DNA of 64,000 nt from Candidatus Omnitrophota bacterium. Its GTDB lineage: Bacteria > Omnitrophota > Gorgyraeia > Gygaellales > Profunditerraquicolaceae. Every line of letters begins with the position of its first letter. Position 1 is the stretch's first letter. The notes beneath the pieces were generated by a model that saw nothing but the letters and a program-made list of their open reading frames with translations, was not told the origin of the DNA and made no database searches. The position numbers and the translations under genes are program-made. Where the stretch lies: the NCBI GenBank assembly GCA_011620275.1, contig WOZK01000012.1, positions 31,665-95,664 on the forward strand, given 5' to 3'. Shown piece after piece: positions 21,961 through 31,593 of this stretch.

Positions 21961-24165
21961 TTATTTTTTCTTTGCCGCTCCGGACCAGGCCAGCACTAAA
22001 GGCGAAGCTATATATATGGTCGAATACACGCCGGAGATGAAACCGACGATCAGTGTGAAGGCGAAATTACCAAGTACTTCTCCTCCGAAAAGAAATATCG
22101 ACAGCACCGTCAACAGGGTCACGCCAGAAGTAAGGATGGTCCTGCCCAAAGTCTGGTTCACGCTCAGGTTTATCAGCTGGTAAAGACTCTTATTGCGGTA
22201 AAGATGGGAGTTCTCCCTGACCCTGTCGTAAATGACTATGGTATCGTTGATCGAATAACCGGCTATGGTCAGAAGAGCGGTGACGGTCAGAAGATCCATC
22301 TGCCTGCCGCTCAAGGCCATTACCCCGCAGGCGACCAGCACGTCGTGAAAAATGGCGAGAACGCCGGCCGCGGCGAAATTAAAATGCCTGAAACGTATGC
22401 CTACATAAACCAGTATCCCCGCCAGCGACCATAAAAGCGCCTTGACGGCCTTGTCTTTCAGGTGTTTTCCGGCGACCGGACCGACCTTTTCCAGACGCAT
22501 CAGCTCGATCTTCTCTCCCGGGAATTTTTTCTTCAATTCCGCGGTGAGACGGTCGTTCCTGTCGACCCCGGTCTTTATCAGCACCTGACGAGGGTTCTCC
22601 TTGAACTGCTGAATGGAGGCGTCGGCAAGGTCTATCTCCTTCAACGCCTCTCTCACCGCTTCTACCTGCACCGGTTTCTCGAACAGGTATTCCTGGAGCT
22701 GTCCTCCGGCGAAGTCGATGCCGTAAGCGCGCGCACCTTTGCTGAAGAAAGAAAACATCCCCAGCCCTATGACCAGCAGAGAGATAAAATAGAAAATATG
22801 CCTCTTGCCGATGAAATCCATCCTGGTGCCTTTTATCATCTTCATCATCGGCAGTGATTTTATCCAGCCCGCGGATATCAGCAGTTCAAAAACGGTCCTC
22901 GTCATTATCACCGCGGTGAAAAGGCTGGCGCAGAGGCCGATGGTCAGGGTCACGGCGAAACCGCGTATGGGCCCGGTACCGAACTGAAAAAGCATGAAAG
23001 CGGCGATCAGCGTCGTGATGTTGGAATCGAATATGGCGCTGAAAGCCTTGTTGTAACCGGTCTCGACCGCCGCCCGCAGCGGCCTGCCCTGCAGCAGTTC
23101 CTCCCGAATGCGCTCATTGATAAGCACGTTGGCGTCGACCGCCATACCCAGAGAAAGCACCATCCCGGCGATGCCCGGTAAAGTCAAAGTAGCGGATATG
23201 CCGGGAAAAAGATACGGAAGCAGCCCCAGGCATCCCAAAGAGATAAGCAGGTTGCAGAAGAGCGCCAAATCGGCTATCACCCCGGGAAGAAGATAATACA
23301 AAGCCATAAAAATAAACACCAGCGCCATGCCCACGATGATTGCCTTGACCCCGGAATTTATGGAATCCTGGCCGAGCAACGGGCCGATACTACGCTCTTC
23401 CTCTATATACATGGGCGCGGGCAGCGCGCCTACCTTCAGTATAACCGAAAGATCCTGGGCCTCCGCCGCGTCAAATTGCCCCTGTATCACGGCCTGGCCC
23501 GAAGGTATGGCCTCCCGGATCACCGGGGCCGACTGGACCTTGCCGTCCAGCACGATTGCCAGCCTTTTGCCCACATTGGCGCCGGTAATCTCGGCGAATT
23601 TTTTCGCCCCCTCTGCGTTGAACTCGAGAGAAACCAGAGGCTCATTGAAAGAGCTCTGGTTGAAACGCACGGAGGCGTCCTTGATGGAATCCCCGGTCAT
23701 CGCCGCCTTCGTCTCCAGCAGTAAAGGCTCCTTCTCCTCTCCGGCGTATTTTAATTCATAGCCTTCCGGCACGCTGCCGGCCAGCGCCGCCTGCAATTTA
23801 TCCGGTTCGGAAGATACCACCTTGAACTCCAACAGGGCGGTTTTGCCGATGATATCCACGGCGCGCTGCCTGTCGGACATGCCGGGAAGCTGCACCACTA
23901 TCTCATCGTCTCCCTGGCGCTGTATGGAGGTCTCCCTTACGCCGAACTCGTCTATCCTGTTCCTGATGACCTCTATCGCCCTGTCCGCGGCCTCGCTCCT
24001 CTGAGCCGCCGGGATGGCCGAAGTGTCGACTCTAAGCAGCAGGTGCGTGCCGCCCTTCAGGTCAAGGCCGAGATTAATACGTTTCTCCAGGGGGAAAGCG
24101 AAAAACGCGCAGACACCCAGAACCGCCAATATTCCCAACGTCTTATAGAGAAGATTTTTATGCAT
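21961..24165 (-). CDS. secDF: protein translocase subunit SecDF (fused)
   Basis: 734 aa; SecD N-terminus and periplasmic domain followed by a SecF-like second six-TM half. Confidence 0.9.
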   Translation of the reverse strand: MHKNLLYKTLGILAVLGVCAFFAFPLEKRINLGLDLKGGTHLLLRVDTSAIPAAQRSEAADRAIEVIRNRIDEFGVRETSIQRQGDDEIVVQLPGMSDRQRAVDIIGKTALLEFKVVSSEPDKLQAALAGSVPEGYELKYAGEEKEPLLLETKAAMTGDSIKDASVRFNQSSFNEPLVSLEFNAEGAKKFAEITGANVGKRLAIVLDGKVQSAPVIREAIPSGQAVIQGQFDAAEAQDLSVILKVGALPAPMYIEEERSIGPLLGQDSINSGVKAIIVGMALVFIFMALYYLLPGVIADLALFCNLLISLGCLGLLPYLFPGISATLTLPGIAGMVLSLGMAVDANVLINERIREELLQGRPLRAAVETGYNKAFSAIFDSNITTLIAAFMLFQFGTGPIRGFAVTLTIGLCASLFTAVIMTRTVFELLISAGWIKSLPMMKMIKGTRMDFIGKRHIFYFISLLVIGLGMFSFFSKGARAYGIDFAGGQLQEYLFEKPVQVEAVREALKEIDLADASIQQFKENPRQVLIKTGVDRNDRLTAELKKKFPGEKIELMRLEKVGPVAGKHLKDKAVKALLWSLAGILVYVGIRFRHFNFAAAGVLAIFHDVLVACGVMALSGRQMDLLTVTALLTIAGYSINDTIVIYDRVRENSHLYRNKSLYQLINLSVNQTLGRTILTSGVTLLTVLSIFLFGGEVLGNFAFTLIVGFISGVYSTIYIASPLVLAWSGAAKKK

Positions 24166-24193
24166 ATCCCGATTTCCCCTTCTTACCTACCGG

Positions 24194-24481
24194 TTATTTC
24201 TGTTGTTCTTTCCTTGACACTGCGGAAATGCAGTTCTTTTCCACCTCTATTTTTACATTCTCGTCTATGCGCAGGACGACGCTCGTCTCTTTGACGTTGA
24301 CGACTGTCCCGTGTATCCCGCCGGAGGTGACCACTTCGTCGTTCTTGGCCAGGGCGGAGAGCATCTTCTGGTGCTCTTTATCGCGCATACGCTGCGGCCT
24401 GATCAGCATGAAGTAAAAAACCACGAAGATCATCGCCAGCGGTAAAAGGTTCAATATCAGATTCGGTGCCTGAGTCCCCAT
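24194..24481 (-). CDS. yajC: preprotein translocase subunit YajC
   Basis: 95 aa; single TM helix plus IRPQ..V.TSGGI.G motif; located upstream of secDF. Confidence 0.88.
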   Translation of the reverse strand: MGTQAPNLILNLLPLAMIFVVFYFMLIRPQRMRDKEHQKMLSALAKNDEVVTSGGIHGTVVNVKETSVVLRIDENVKIEVEKNCISAVSRKEQQK

Positions 24482-24625
24482 AGTTTACCCCCTCGTAAAT
24501 GAGCGGACGACCCACGCCCGGTGCCTCGCGTGGGCTGCTGTCCCGCTGTTCCTGTCCCCTTATGTTTCAAGGGACATTCTATAATATAATGCCCGGGCGC
24601 CGGCGCGTTCCGGCGTTATTAACCC

Positions 24626-24868
24626 TTACGCTTTCTTCGCCTTATTATAAAGGCTCTTAACGGTGTCCGAAGGCTGGGCCCCTTTGGAAACCCAATACTC
24701 GTATCTGGCCACTTTCAGCGTTGAAGACGCCTTGAAAGGATCGTAGGAACCGATCTCCTCGATGCTTTTGCCGTCCCTACTCCTGTTCTCATCAAGAACG
24801 ACGACGCGGTAATATGCCCTGCCCTTGACGTTCTTTCCTATTCTTTTCAAACGGATACGTACTGCCAT
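24626..24868 (-). CDS. rpsP: 30S ribosomal protein S16
   Basis: 80 aa; MAVRIRLKRIG..YYRVVV is the S16 signature. Confidence 0.95.
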   Translation of the reverse strand: MAVRIRLKRIGKNVKGRAYYRVVVLDENRSRDGKSIEEIGSYDPFKASSTLKVARYEYWVSKGAQPSDTVKSLYNKAKKA

Positions 24869-24897
24869 TTTGCTAAACCTCCTTCAAGATTATGCGT

Positions 24898-26421
24898 TTA
24901 ACGGCTTTGTGTTATGGCCTCAAGCAGAGCCCTGGCCTTGTTGGCTGTTTCAATGTATTCTTTTGCCGGGACCGAATCCGCGACTATACCGGCGCCCACC
25001 TGGATATAAGCGGTGCCGTCCTTTATAGAAATGGTGCGTATGGTAATACAGGTATCCATATTCCCGGAGAAACTGAAATACCCCACGCAGCCGGCATACG
25101 GCCCCCTCCTGGTTTTCTCCAGTTCCTCGATTATCTCCATCGCCCGTATCTTGGGACTGCCGCTGACTGTTCCGGCCGGAAAACACGCCGCCAGCACGTC
25201 ATAAGCGTCGTGCCCTTTTTTCAGCTTGCCGGTCACCTCGCTGACCAGATGCATAACGTGCGAATATTTCTCTACTTTCATGAATTCGCCCACCCGCACG
25301 CTGCCTTCCCTGCTTACCCGCCCAACGTCGTTCCTGCCGAGGTCCACCAGCATCACGTGCTCGGCGCGCTCTTTTCCGTCTCCCAGGAGGTCCTTCTCAT
25401 TGAAAGAGTCCTCCCGCTCGTCGGTCCCGCGCGGCCGGGTGCCCGCGATCGGCCGGGTGCGCACGAGCCCGTCCTCGCAGCGCACCAGCATCTCCGGAGA
25501 CGCCCCAACCATTGTTATCTCCCCTAATTCAAGAAAAAACATATACGGAGAAGGATTTATGCTGCGCAACCTGCGGTAGACATCGAACGGCGGACGGCAA
25601 AGAGCCGTCTGCATCCTGCGCGACAACACAACCTGGATTATCTCTCCATCCCTGATATATTTCTTGGCCTTCTCCACCATCCGGCAGTATTCGGCGCGCG
25701 TAGCGCCTCCAGAAGGAGGCAACGGACGCGCGGTCTTTACCCTCGCGCTTCTCGCCGCCGGGAGACTTCGTGACAACCTGGCGTTAAGCGCAGTTATCCG
25801 GCGCAAGGACTGCCGGTAAAGGCGTTCCATCTTTTGAATGCCGCGCGTTCCCCCGCGCTGCGGCAGAAAAACGTTGGAGACGACCATAATAGTATGCCGG
25901 AAATGGTCGAAAATCAGGATGTCGTCGGCAAGCAGGAAAACACAGTCCGGAAAACCGGCGTCGTCCCTCTTCAAATCCGGCAGTTCTTCAAAGAACCTCG
26001 CCATGTCGTAACCGGCGTATCCGACAAGCCCTCCGCAAAAACGCGGCAGCCGCGGCACGCGCACCGGACGCAGATCCTTCATCAGTTTCTTCAGTTCGTC
26101 GAGAGGGCCTCTGCCGGTTTCGGCCCTGAAACGCCGGACGCCGCCGGATACCCCTCTGCCGCAGAGGCGAGCGGCGCCGTCCTTGCTCTTAAAAACGACC
26201 CGGGGGTCGGTGCCAAGGAACGAATACCTGGCTATCTTCTCCTGCCCCTCGACCGATTCCAGCAAAAAAGAATACCTTCCTTTACGTATTTTCAGGAACG
26301 CCGAGACCGGCGTATCAAAATCGGCGTTCACCTCGGCATAGACGGGCACGACATTGCCGTGCGCGGCGAGCTTCCTGAACTCCCGGAACGAAACGGGATG
26401 GAACGAAAGGGTGTTATCCAT
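24898..26421 (-). CDS. trpE: anthranilate synthase component I family (TrpE-like; PabB not excluded)
   Basis: 507 aa; chorismate-binding fold with SFLLESVEG Trp-feedback-type motif and [11 protein letters not shown]-terminal motif. Confidence 0.7.
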   Translation of the reverse strand: MDNTLSFHPVSFREFRKLAAHGNVVPVYAEVNADFDTPVSAFLKIRKGRYSFLLESVEGQEKIARYSFLGTDPRVVFKSKDGAARLCGRGVSGGVRRFRAETGRGPLDELKKLMKDLRPVRVPRLPRFCGGLVGYAGYDMARFFEELPDLKRDDAGFPDCVFLLADDILIFDHFRHTIMVVSNVFLPQRGGTRGIQKMERLYRQSLRRITALNARLSRSLPAARSARVKTARPLPPSGGATRAEYCRMVEKAKKYIRDGEIIQVVLSRRMQTALCRPPFDVYRRLRSINPSPYMFFLELGEITMVGASPEMLVRCEDGLVRTRPIAGTRPRGTDEREDSFNEKDLLGDGKERAEHVMLVDLGRNDVGRVSREGSVRVGEFMKVEKYSHVMHLVSEVTGKLKKGHDAYDVLAACFPAGTVSGSPKIRAMEIIEELEKTRRGPYAGCVGYFSFSGNMDTCITIRTISIKDGTAYIQVGAGIVADSVPAKEYIETANKARALLEAITQSR

Positions 26422-26800
26422 TCTTCTTCTTGGTCCTTATTGTTCTGTAAAAACAACTGCGTTTCCCCGTATGGCAGGCGATATCTCCGACCTGTCTTAC
26501 TTTGATCAACAGGGCGTCCACATCGCAATCGTAGGCGATGGACTTTACAATCTGGAAATGCCCGGAAGTTTCCCCCTTTACCCAGAATTCGCGGCGGGAA
26601 CGGGACCAGAAACAGGTCTTGCCGGATTTGATCGTCCTGCGCAAAGATTCCGGGTTCATATAACCCAGCATCAGCACAGTCCCATCCTTATAATCCTGGA
26701 TGACGGCAGGAATCAACCCCTTATCGTCAAGTTTTAACTTATCGAAACTGAAAACATCGTCTTTCTTGCCTGACTTATTCACTCTCTTGGGCCTCCTCAT
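26414..26800 (-). CDS. hisI: phosphoribosyl-AMP cyclohydrolase
   Basis: 128 aa; HisI family, zinc/Cys-containing C-terminal region. Confidence 0.8.
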   Translation of the reverse strand: MRRPKRVNKSGKKDDVFSFDKLKLDDKGLIPAVIQDYKDGTVLMLGYMNPESLRRTIKSGKTCFWSRSRREFWVKGETSGHFQIVKSIAYDCDVDALLIKVRQVGDIACHTGKRSCFYRTIRTKKKNG

Positions 26801-26852
26801 ATGTTGGAGATATCTTTAACGCACTTATACGATCTTTACGTCACCGCAGCCG

Positions 26853-27617
26853 TTATCCGGCTGAAAGGCGCACCTGCACACCGTTTGCCGAGAGATATTC
26901 CTTGACTTGCATTACCGAGTATTTGCGGTAATGGAATATGGAAGCTGCAAGGCAGGCGTCGGCTTTTCCGGCAATGAACCCGTCCAGGAAATGCCGCGGA
27001 CAGCCCGCACCTCCGGAAGCTATTACCGGCACCTGCACCGCGGAAGAAACAGCCGCCGTCAACTCCAGGTCATAACCGTTCTCCGTGCCGTCGGAATCCA
27101 TACTGGTGAGCAGTATCTCGCCGGAGCCTCGCTCAACAGCCTCTTTTGCCCAGGCAACGGCATCCTTTCCCGTCGGTGTCCTGCCGCCGTGGATGGTCAC
27201 TTCCCAGCCCCCCCCGGAACGCCTGGCGTCTATAGCAGTCACTATGCACTGCGCCCCAAACTTGCGGGACGCCCCGGAGATCAACCCGGGATCGAGCACT
27301 GCCGCGGTATTCAAAGAAACCTTGTCGGCGCCGGCGCCCAGCAGCGCGCTGATGTCTTCCAGTGTACTGATTCCTCCGCCCACGGTAAAAGGCATGTAAA
27401 TGACTTCCGCGATTCTTTCCACCAGGGGCCGCAAGGTCTTCCTTTTTTCGCAGCTGGCGGTGATGTCCAGGAAAACCAGTTCATCGGCGCCCTGCCCGTC
27501 GTAAATAGCGGCCACCTCCACCGGATCTCCGGCATCTTTGAGGCCGAGAAACTTCACGCCCTTAACCACCCGCCCGTCTTTTATGTCCAGGCAGGGAATG
27601 ATTCTTTTTGTCAACAT
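26853..27617 (-). CDS. hisF: imidazole glycerol phosphate synthase cyclase subunit
   Basis: [16 protein letters not shown]; start at MLTKRIIP (ATG at 27615-27617), upstream part of the ORF is probably not translated. Confidence 0.93.
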   Translation of the reverse strand: MLTKRIIPCLDIKDGRVVKGVKFLGLKDAGDPVEVAAIYDGQGADELVFLDITASCEKRKTLRPLVERIAEVIYMPFTVGGGISTLEDISALLGAGADKVSLNTAAVLDPGLISGASRKFGAQCIVTAIDARRSGGGWEVTIHGGRTPTGKDAVAWAKEAVERGSGEILLTSMDSDGTENGYDLELTAAVSSAVQVPVIASGGAGCPRHFLDGFIAGKADACLAASIFHYRKYSVMQVKEYLSANGVQVRLSAG

Positions 27618-27697
27618 TCTTATAAACCGGCTTTCTCCACCCCGCAGAACTTCAAAGAAATAAAAACTCACCGGGTTTACTGATTTCCGCGGTTTGA

Positions 27698-28120
27698 TTA
27701 AAGATACTTGCGCAGAGATTTCCAGGTCCTCTTGCCGACTTTGCCGTCCGCTTTGAGGTTGTTGGCCCTTTGATAGTCTTTTATGGCTTCTCGTGTCTGC
27801 CTGCCGAACTTTCCGTCGATGCTCCCCGGGTTGTAGCCGGCGTTCTTCAGCGCCTTTTGTATCTGCTTCACGGTCGGCCTGGATTTGACTTCCCTGTTTT
27901 CCTCGCTGTAAACGGCAGAGACCGACTGTTCATGCGCGCACCCAAGCTCATTCCTTAACCCGGCTATCTCCTCATCCTTAGCCTGCACCTGCGCGTTCAT
28001 CGCGGTAAGTTGATTATTAAGCCTTTGTATCTCCATGTCCTTCTGTTTCGCGCCGGTAGTCGCGCACCCCGACAATAATAAAGACACCGCTGTAACGACC
28101 GTCAAGATCATTAACCGCAT
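27698..28120 (-). CDS. lipoprotein with coiled-coil region and C-terminal peptidoglycan-binding (PG_binding_1-like) domain
   Basis: Lipobox LLLSGC; C-terminus [31 protein letters not shown] resembles a PG-binding domain; inserted between hisA and hisF. Confidence 0.6.
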   Translation of the reverse strand: MRLMILTVVTAVSLLLSGCATTGAKQKDMEIQRLNNQLTAMNAQVQAKDEEIAGLRNELGCAHEQSVSAVYSEENREVKSRPTVKQIQKALKNAGYNPGSIDGKFGRQTREAIKDYQRANNLKADGKVGKRTWKSLRKYL

Positions 28121-28914
28121 CTGTTCCTCCTTTTCACGCTCTGCCGGAGATCCTCCGGCATATTCTCCGTAAACGGTAAAACCCTGCCGCCTGCGGCCCG
28201 AATCGCCTGCCGCATAGTGAACTTTTTTTCGTAGATCGCCTTACCGGTAATGATCCCGCTCAATCCCTTATCCTCAAGCCCGCAAAGCTCTCTTATATCC
28301 CGCAGGCTGGATATACCGCCGGAAGCGATAACGCGCATCCCGCTTTCCCTAAGGAGTTTCCTGACCGCCGGAACGTTCGGCCCCTTCAGGGTGCCGTCCC
28401 TTAATGTGTCGGTATAGATCATCTCGCTGAAACCTGTTCTCTTGAGCGAACGCGCGAAATCAGCCGCATCAAGCCCGCTGTGGCTTTCCACCCATCCTTT
28501 TACCATAATCCTGCCGTTTGCGGCGTCCACGCTGATGATCACCCGCTCCCCGAATTTCCCGTAGGCTTTCTCAAGGAAAACGCGGTCTTCCACCGCCCTG
28601 GTACCGAGAATGACCCTGCTTATACCGGCGTCCAGAACCCGCCCGATCGCCTGCAATGTCCGTATACCGCCTCCGAGTTGCACTGGGATACCGGCCGCCC
28701 TGGCTATTTTAGCGGCGAGCGAAAGATTGCTCTGCCTGCCGCTTTTTGCGCCGTCGAGGTCCACGACATGTATCATTCGCGCCCCCTGCGCGGCCCATTC
28801 GACCGCCACCGCTACCGCGTCACGCGAATACTCCTTGCTGCGGCAAAACTCGCCCTTCACCAGCCGCACCACGCGGCCGCCCTGCAGGTCTATAGCCGGA
28901 AATATGTCCACCAT
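28111..28914 (-). CDS. hisA: 1-(5-phosphoribosyl)-5-[(5-phosphoribosylamino)methylideneamino]imidazole-4-carboxamide isomerase
   Basis: MVDIFPAIDLQGGRVVRLVKG; (beta/alpha)8 HisA family. Confidence 0.92.
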   Translation of the reverse strand: MVDIFPAIDLQGGRVVRLVKGEFCRSKEYSRDAVAVAVEWAAQGARMIHVVDLDGAKSGRQSNLSLAAKIARAAGIPVQLGGGIRTLQAIGRVLDAGISRVILGTRAVEDRVFLEKAYGKFGERVIISVDAANGRIMVKGWVESHSGLDAADFARSLKRTGFSEMIYTDTLRDGTLKGPNVPAVRKLLRESGMRVIASGGISSLRDIRELCGLEDKGLSGIITGKAIYEKKFTMRQAIRAAGGRVLPFTENMPEDLRQSVKRRNRCG

Positions 28915-29522
28915 CAGTTAAGCGCGATGAAATTCTGCAGTATACGCAGGCCTGCCCCCTGGCTTTTTTCCGGATGGAACTGCACTGCGTACACGTTGTC
29001 TTTCCAGGCAACGGATGTGAAATCTATCCCGTATTCCGTTAGCCCGGCGGAAACCGAGACTTCACGCGGCGACGCGTAATAGGAATGGCAGAAATAGACA
29101 TATTCGCCGTCTTCTATCCCTCGCAGAAGCGGACAGTCGCGGCCGGAAACGCCGAGTCTTAACCTGTTCCAGCCCATATGCGGAACCTTTAGCCCGCCGC
29201 GGAATTTCAGCACCCTGCCGTCCAAAACACCAAGTCCCTTGTGCGAGGAGGCTTCTTCACTTTCGCAAAAAAGTACCTGCATCCCCAAACAGATACCGAG
29301 AATAATCTTGCCGGAAGCCGCCTGTTTTTTCAAAAGCACGGCGCCGCCGCGGTCCAGATACTCCATTGCGTCATCGAAAGCTCCGACGCCGGGAAGCACG
29401 ATCTTATCCGCAGCAGAAAGTTCATCTTCTTTACAGGTCAAAACGGTCCGCGCGCCAAGATTTTCCAGCGCCTTGCGCACGCTGTGTATGTTCCCGATCC
29501 CGTAATCGAATATCGCTATCAT
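28914..29522 (-). CDS. hisH: imidazole glycerol phosphate synthase glutamine amidotransferase subunit
   Basis: MIAIFDYGIGNIHSV..GICLGMQ..HPE class-I GATase triad. Confidence 0.93.
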   Translation of the reverse strand: MIAIFDYGIGNIHSVRKALENLGARTVLTCKEDELSAADKIVLPGVGAFDDAMEYLDRGGAVLLKKQAASGKIILGICLGMQVLFCESEEASSHKGLGVLDGRVLKFRGGLKVPHMGWNRLRLGVSGRDCPLLRGIEDGEYVYFCHSYYASPREVSVSAGLTEYGIDFTSVAWKDNVYAVQFHPEKSQGAGLRILQNFIALN

Positions 29523-29545
29523 GCCTTCCTTAAAAACTCGTCAGA

Positions 29546-29745
29546 CGGTTACGGTAACGAAACCCGTTTCGCTTCCCGGTCACGGTTACCAACAAGACCC
29601 GACCTATCTTTCCTCCCCTCGATGAGGAGGATTAAGGAGGGATGGCAATCAATGCGCTGTTTGACAAGTTTTTTACAGCGCACTGTGTCCGCCGCTGAAG
29701 CGCCGGCGAGACTAAAACAAGGGTATCGTAACCGTTACCGACAGA
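29546..29745. repeat. conserved ~200-bp non-coding element, copy 1, immediately upstream of hisH
   Basis: Blocks shared with 51233-51462: CGGTTACGGTAACGAAA, GTTTTTTA(A)ACAGC(G/A)CAC(T)GTGTCCGCC, ACTAAAACAAGG and GACGAT; element ends ~20 nt before the hisH ATG. Confidence 0.7.
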
Positions 29746-29748
29746 CGA

Positions 29749-30345
29749 TTAATCAATCACTCCCTTACTGGAAGGAACACCCTTCCTGCGCGGGTCGATT
29801 TCCACAGCAGAACGCAAAGCCAACCCCAGCGCCTTGAACGCCGGTTCGAGCGTGCTATGCAAGTCGCTGCCGGCACCGTTTATCTTCACGTGCAGATTCA
29901 TACCTAACTGTTTGGCGAAGGCGTCCAGAAAATGCTCCGCGTCACCGACACCATAGCCCTCGCTGCCTTCCGGCTTTAGCCCCTGGGGGGAAATAATTTT
30001 AAAATACCCGCGGCCGCAGATATCTGCGGCGACGTCGGCCGACGCTTCCTCCATAGGAACCGAAGCCCACCCTATGCGCCTGATGCCGCATTTATCGCCC
30101 AACGCTTCCTTGAAAGCCTTGCCCAGCGCGATGCCGACATCTTCGTTAGTATGGTGTATATCGACCTTGAAATCGCCTTTAGCCGATATCTCCAGGTCGA
30201 ACATCCCCCAGAACGAAAACAACTCCAGAAGGTGGTTCAGCAATCCTATACCGGTCTCTATTTTGCTTTCGCCGGAGCCGTCTATCTCCAGTTTAAGACC
30301 GATATCGGTTTCCTTCGTGGTCCTTTTGATTTCCGCATTACGCAT
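29749..30345 (-). CDS. hisB: imidazoleglycerol-phosphate dehydratase
   Basis: 198 aa; IGPD family sequence containing HHTNEDVGIALG. Confidence 0.92.
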   Translation of the reverse strand: MRNAEIKRTTKETDIGLKLEIDGSGESKIETGIGLLNHLLELFSFWGMFDLEISAKGDFKVDIHHTNEDVGIALGKAFKEALGDKCGIRRIGWASVPMEEASADVAADICGRGYFKIISPQGLKPEGSEGYGVGDAEHFLDAFAKQLGMNLHVKINGAGSDLHSTLEPAFKALGLALRSAVEIDPRRKGVPSSKGVID

Positions 30346-30348
30346 GCT

Positions 30349-31593
30349 TTATCCCTTCCCCGGCTCGGTGTGAAACCGTGCCTTCACGGAATCCAGATGG
30401 TACGTCATTCCCTCTATGGAAGCCACTTTCTCCAGCGGCTCACGGATCCTCTCCAGCGCCTTCTTGGAATAACTTATTATATGCAGGCTCTTGACGAAAT
30501 CAAGCGTGGATAACCCGGAGAAAAACCGCGCCGTGCCGCCGGTCGGCAGAACGTGGCTGGGACCGGCTACGTAATCTCCCACCGCCGCCGGGCTGTAATG
30601 TCCCAAGAATACGGCGCCGGCGTGCCTGACGTGCTTAAGCAGCGGTCCGGGGTCAGTCACGAGTATCTCCAGGTGCTCCGGGGCTATGCGGTTGGATATA
30701 TCCACCGCCTGTTCCAGATTCTTGGTCAGCACGACGTAGCCGTTTACCGAAGGTATCTGTCCCACCACTTCTTTAGCCAGGCTCTTGGAATTGGTCACCA
30801 GTATCGCCAGCCCCTGAGAGTGCTCCGCCTGCGCCTTGAGATCGGCGATGATGTGCCGGTGGTTGCTGTAACGGTTGGCGATGATCACCAGTTCGGTCGG
30901 GCCGGCGACCATATCGATGTCCACTTCCCCGAACACCTGCCTTTTGGCTTCGCTGACATATATATTACCCGGACCGACTATCTTGTCAACCCTCGGGATG
31001 GTGCGGGTGCCGTAGGCAAGCGCGGCTATACCCTGCGCTCCGCCGACCCTGTAAATTTCGTCGACCTTCAAAAGATTGGCCACCACCAGTATATGCGGAT
31101 TGATGTGACCGGTCTTGTCCGGCGGGCTGATCAGCGCTATCTTCTTGACGCCCGCCAGGCGCGCCGGCAGGACGCTCATGTAAACGCAGGAGACCAGCGG
31201 AGCAGTACCCGCCGGGACATAAATACCCACCCTCTCCAGCGGCACGTAATTCTCGCCCAGCACCACTCCTTCGTCGGAACGCATCCTCCAGGACTTACGT
31301 TCCATCCTGCGGTAAAACCGCGTGATATTATCTATGATCACCTTCAGGCTGGAGACGAAATTCGAGCTGATATTCTGATACGCGCCGCTGATCTCTATTT
31401 CGCTCACCTTCAACTGCTTCGGGGTCATCTTCACGCCGTCGAATTTCCTCGCGTATTTAAGAACCGCTTCGTCTCCGTTAAGCCTGACGTCGTCGAGTAT
31501 CCGGCGCACTTTTTCGTCCACGCGCCTGGAACGGTAGAAACGCCTGTTATATATCTTCTCCAGCGCTCCGCTGCTGGAACGTATTATCTTCAT
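30349..31593 (-). CDS. hisD: histidinol dehydrogenase
   Basis: 414 aa; HisD family sequence. Confidence 0.92.
   Translation of the reverse strand: MKIIRSSSGALEKIYNRRFYRSRRVDEKVRRILDDVRLNGDEAVLKYARKFDGVKMTPKQLKVSEIEISGAYQNISSNFVSSLKVIIDNITRFYRRMERKSWRMRSDEGVVLGENYVPLERVGIYVPAGTAPLVSCVYMSVLPARLAGVKKIALISPPDKTGHINPHILVVANLLKVDEIYRVGGAQGIAALAYGTRTIPRVDKIVGPGNIYVSEAKRQVFGEVDIDMVAGPTELVIIANRYSNHRHIIADLKAQAEHSQGLAILVTNSKSLAKEVVGQIPSVNGYVVLTKNLEQAVDISNRIAPEHLEILVTDPGPLLKHVRHAGAVFLGHYSPAAVGDYVAGPSHVLPTGGTARFFSGLSTLDFVKSLHIISYSKKALERIREPLEKVASIEGMTYHLDSVKARFHTEPGKG

Noticed and set aside
29523-29748. T-box riboswitch upstream of hisH and valS
   Set aside because: The gene context of an amino-acid operon plus an aaRS is suggestive. 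However, the conserved T-box sequence (AAUUAGGGUGGUACCGCG-like) and a terminator/antiterminator pair were not found in gene-sense orientation in either copy, so a canonical T-box is not supported. The element is kept as an unexplained conserved feature.
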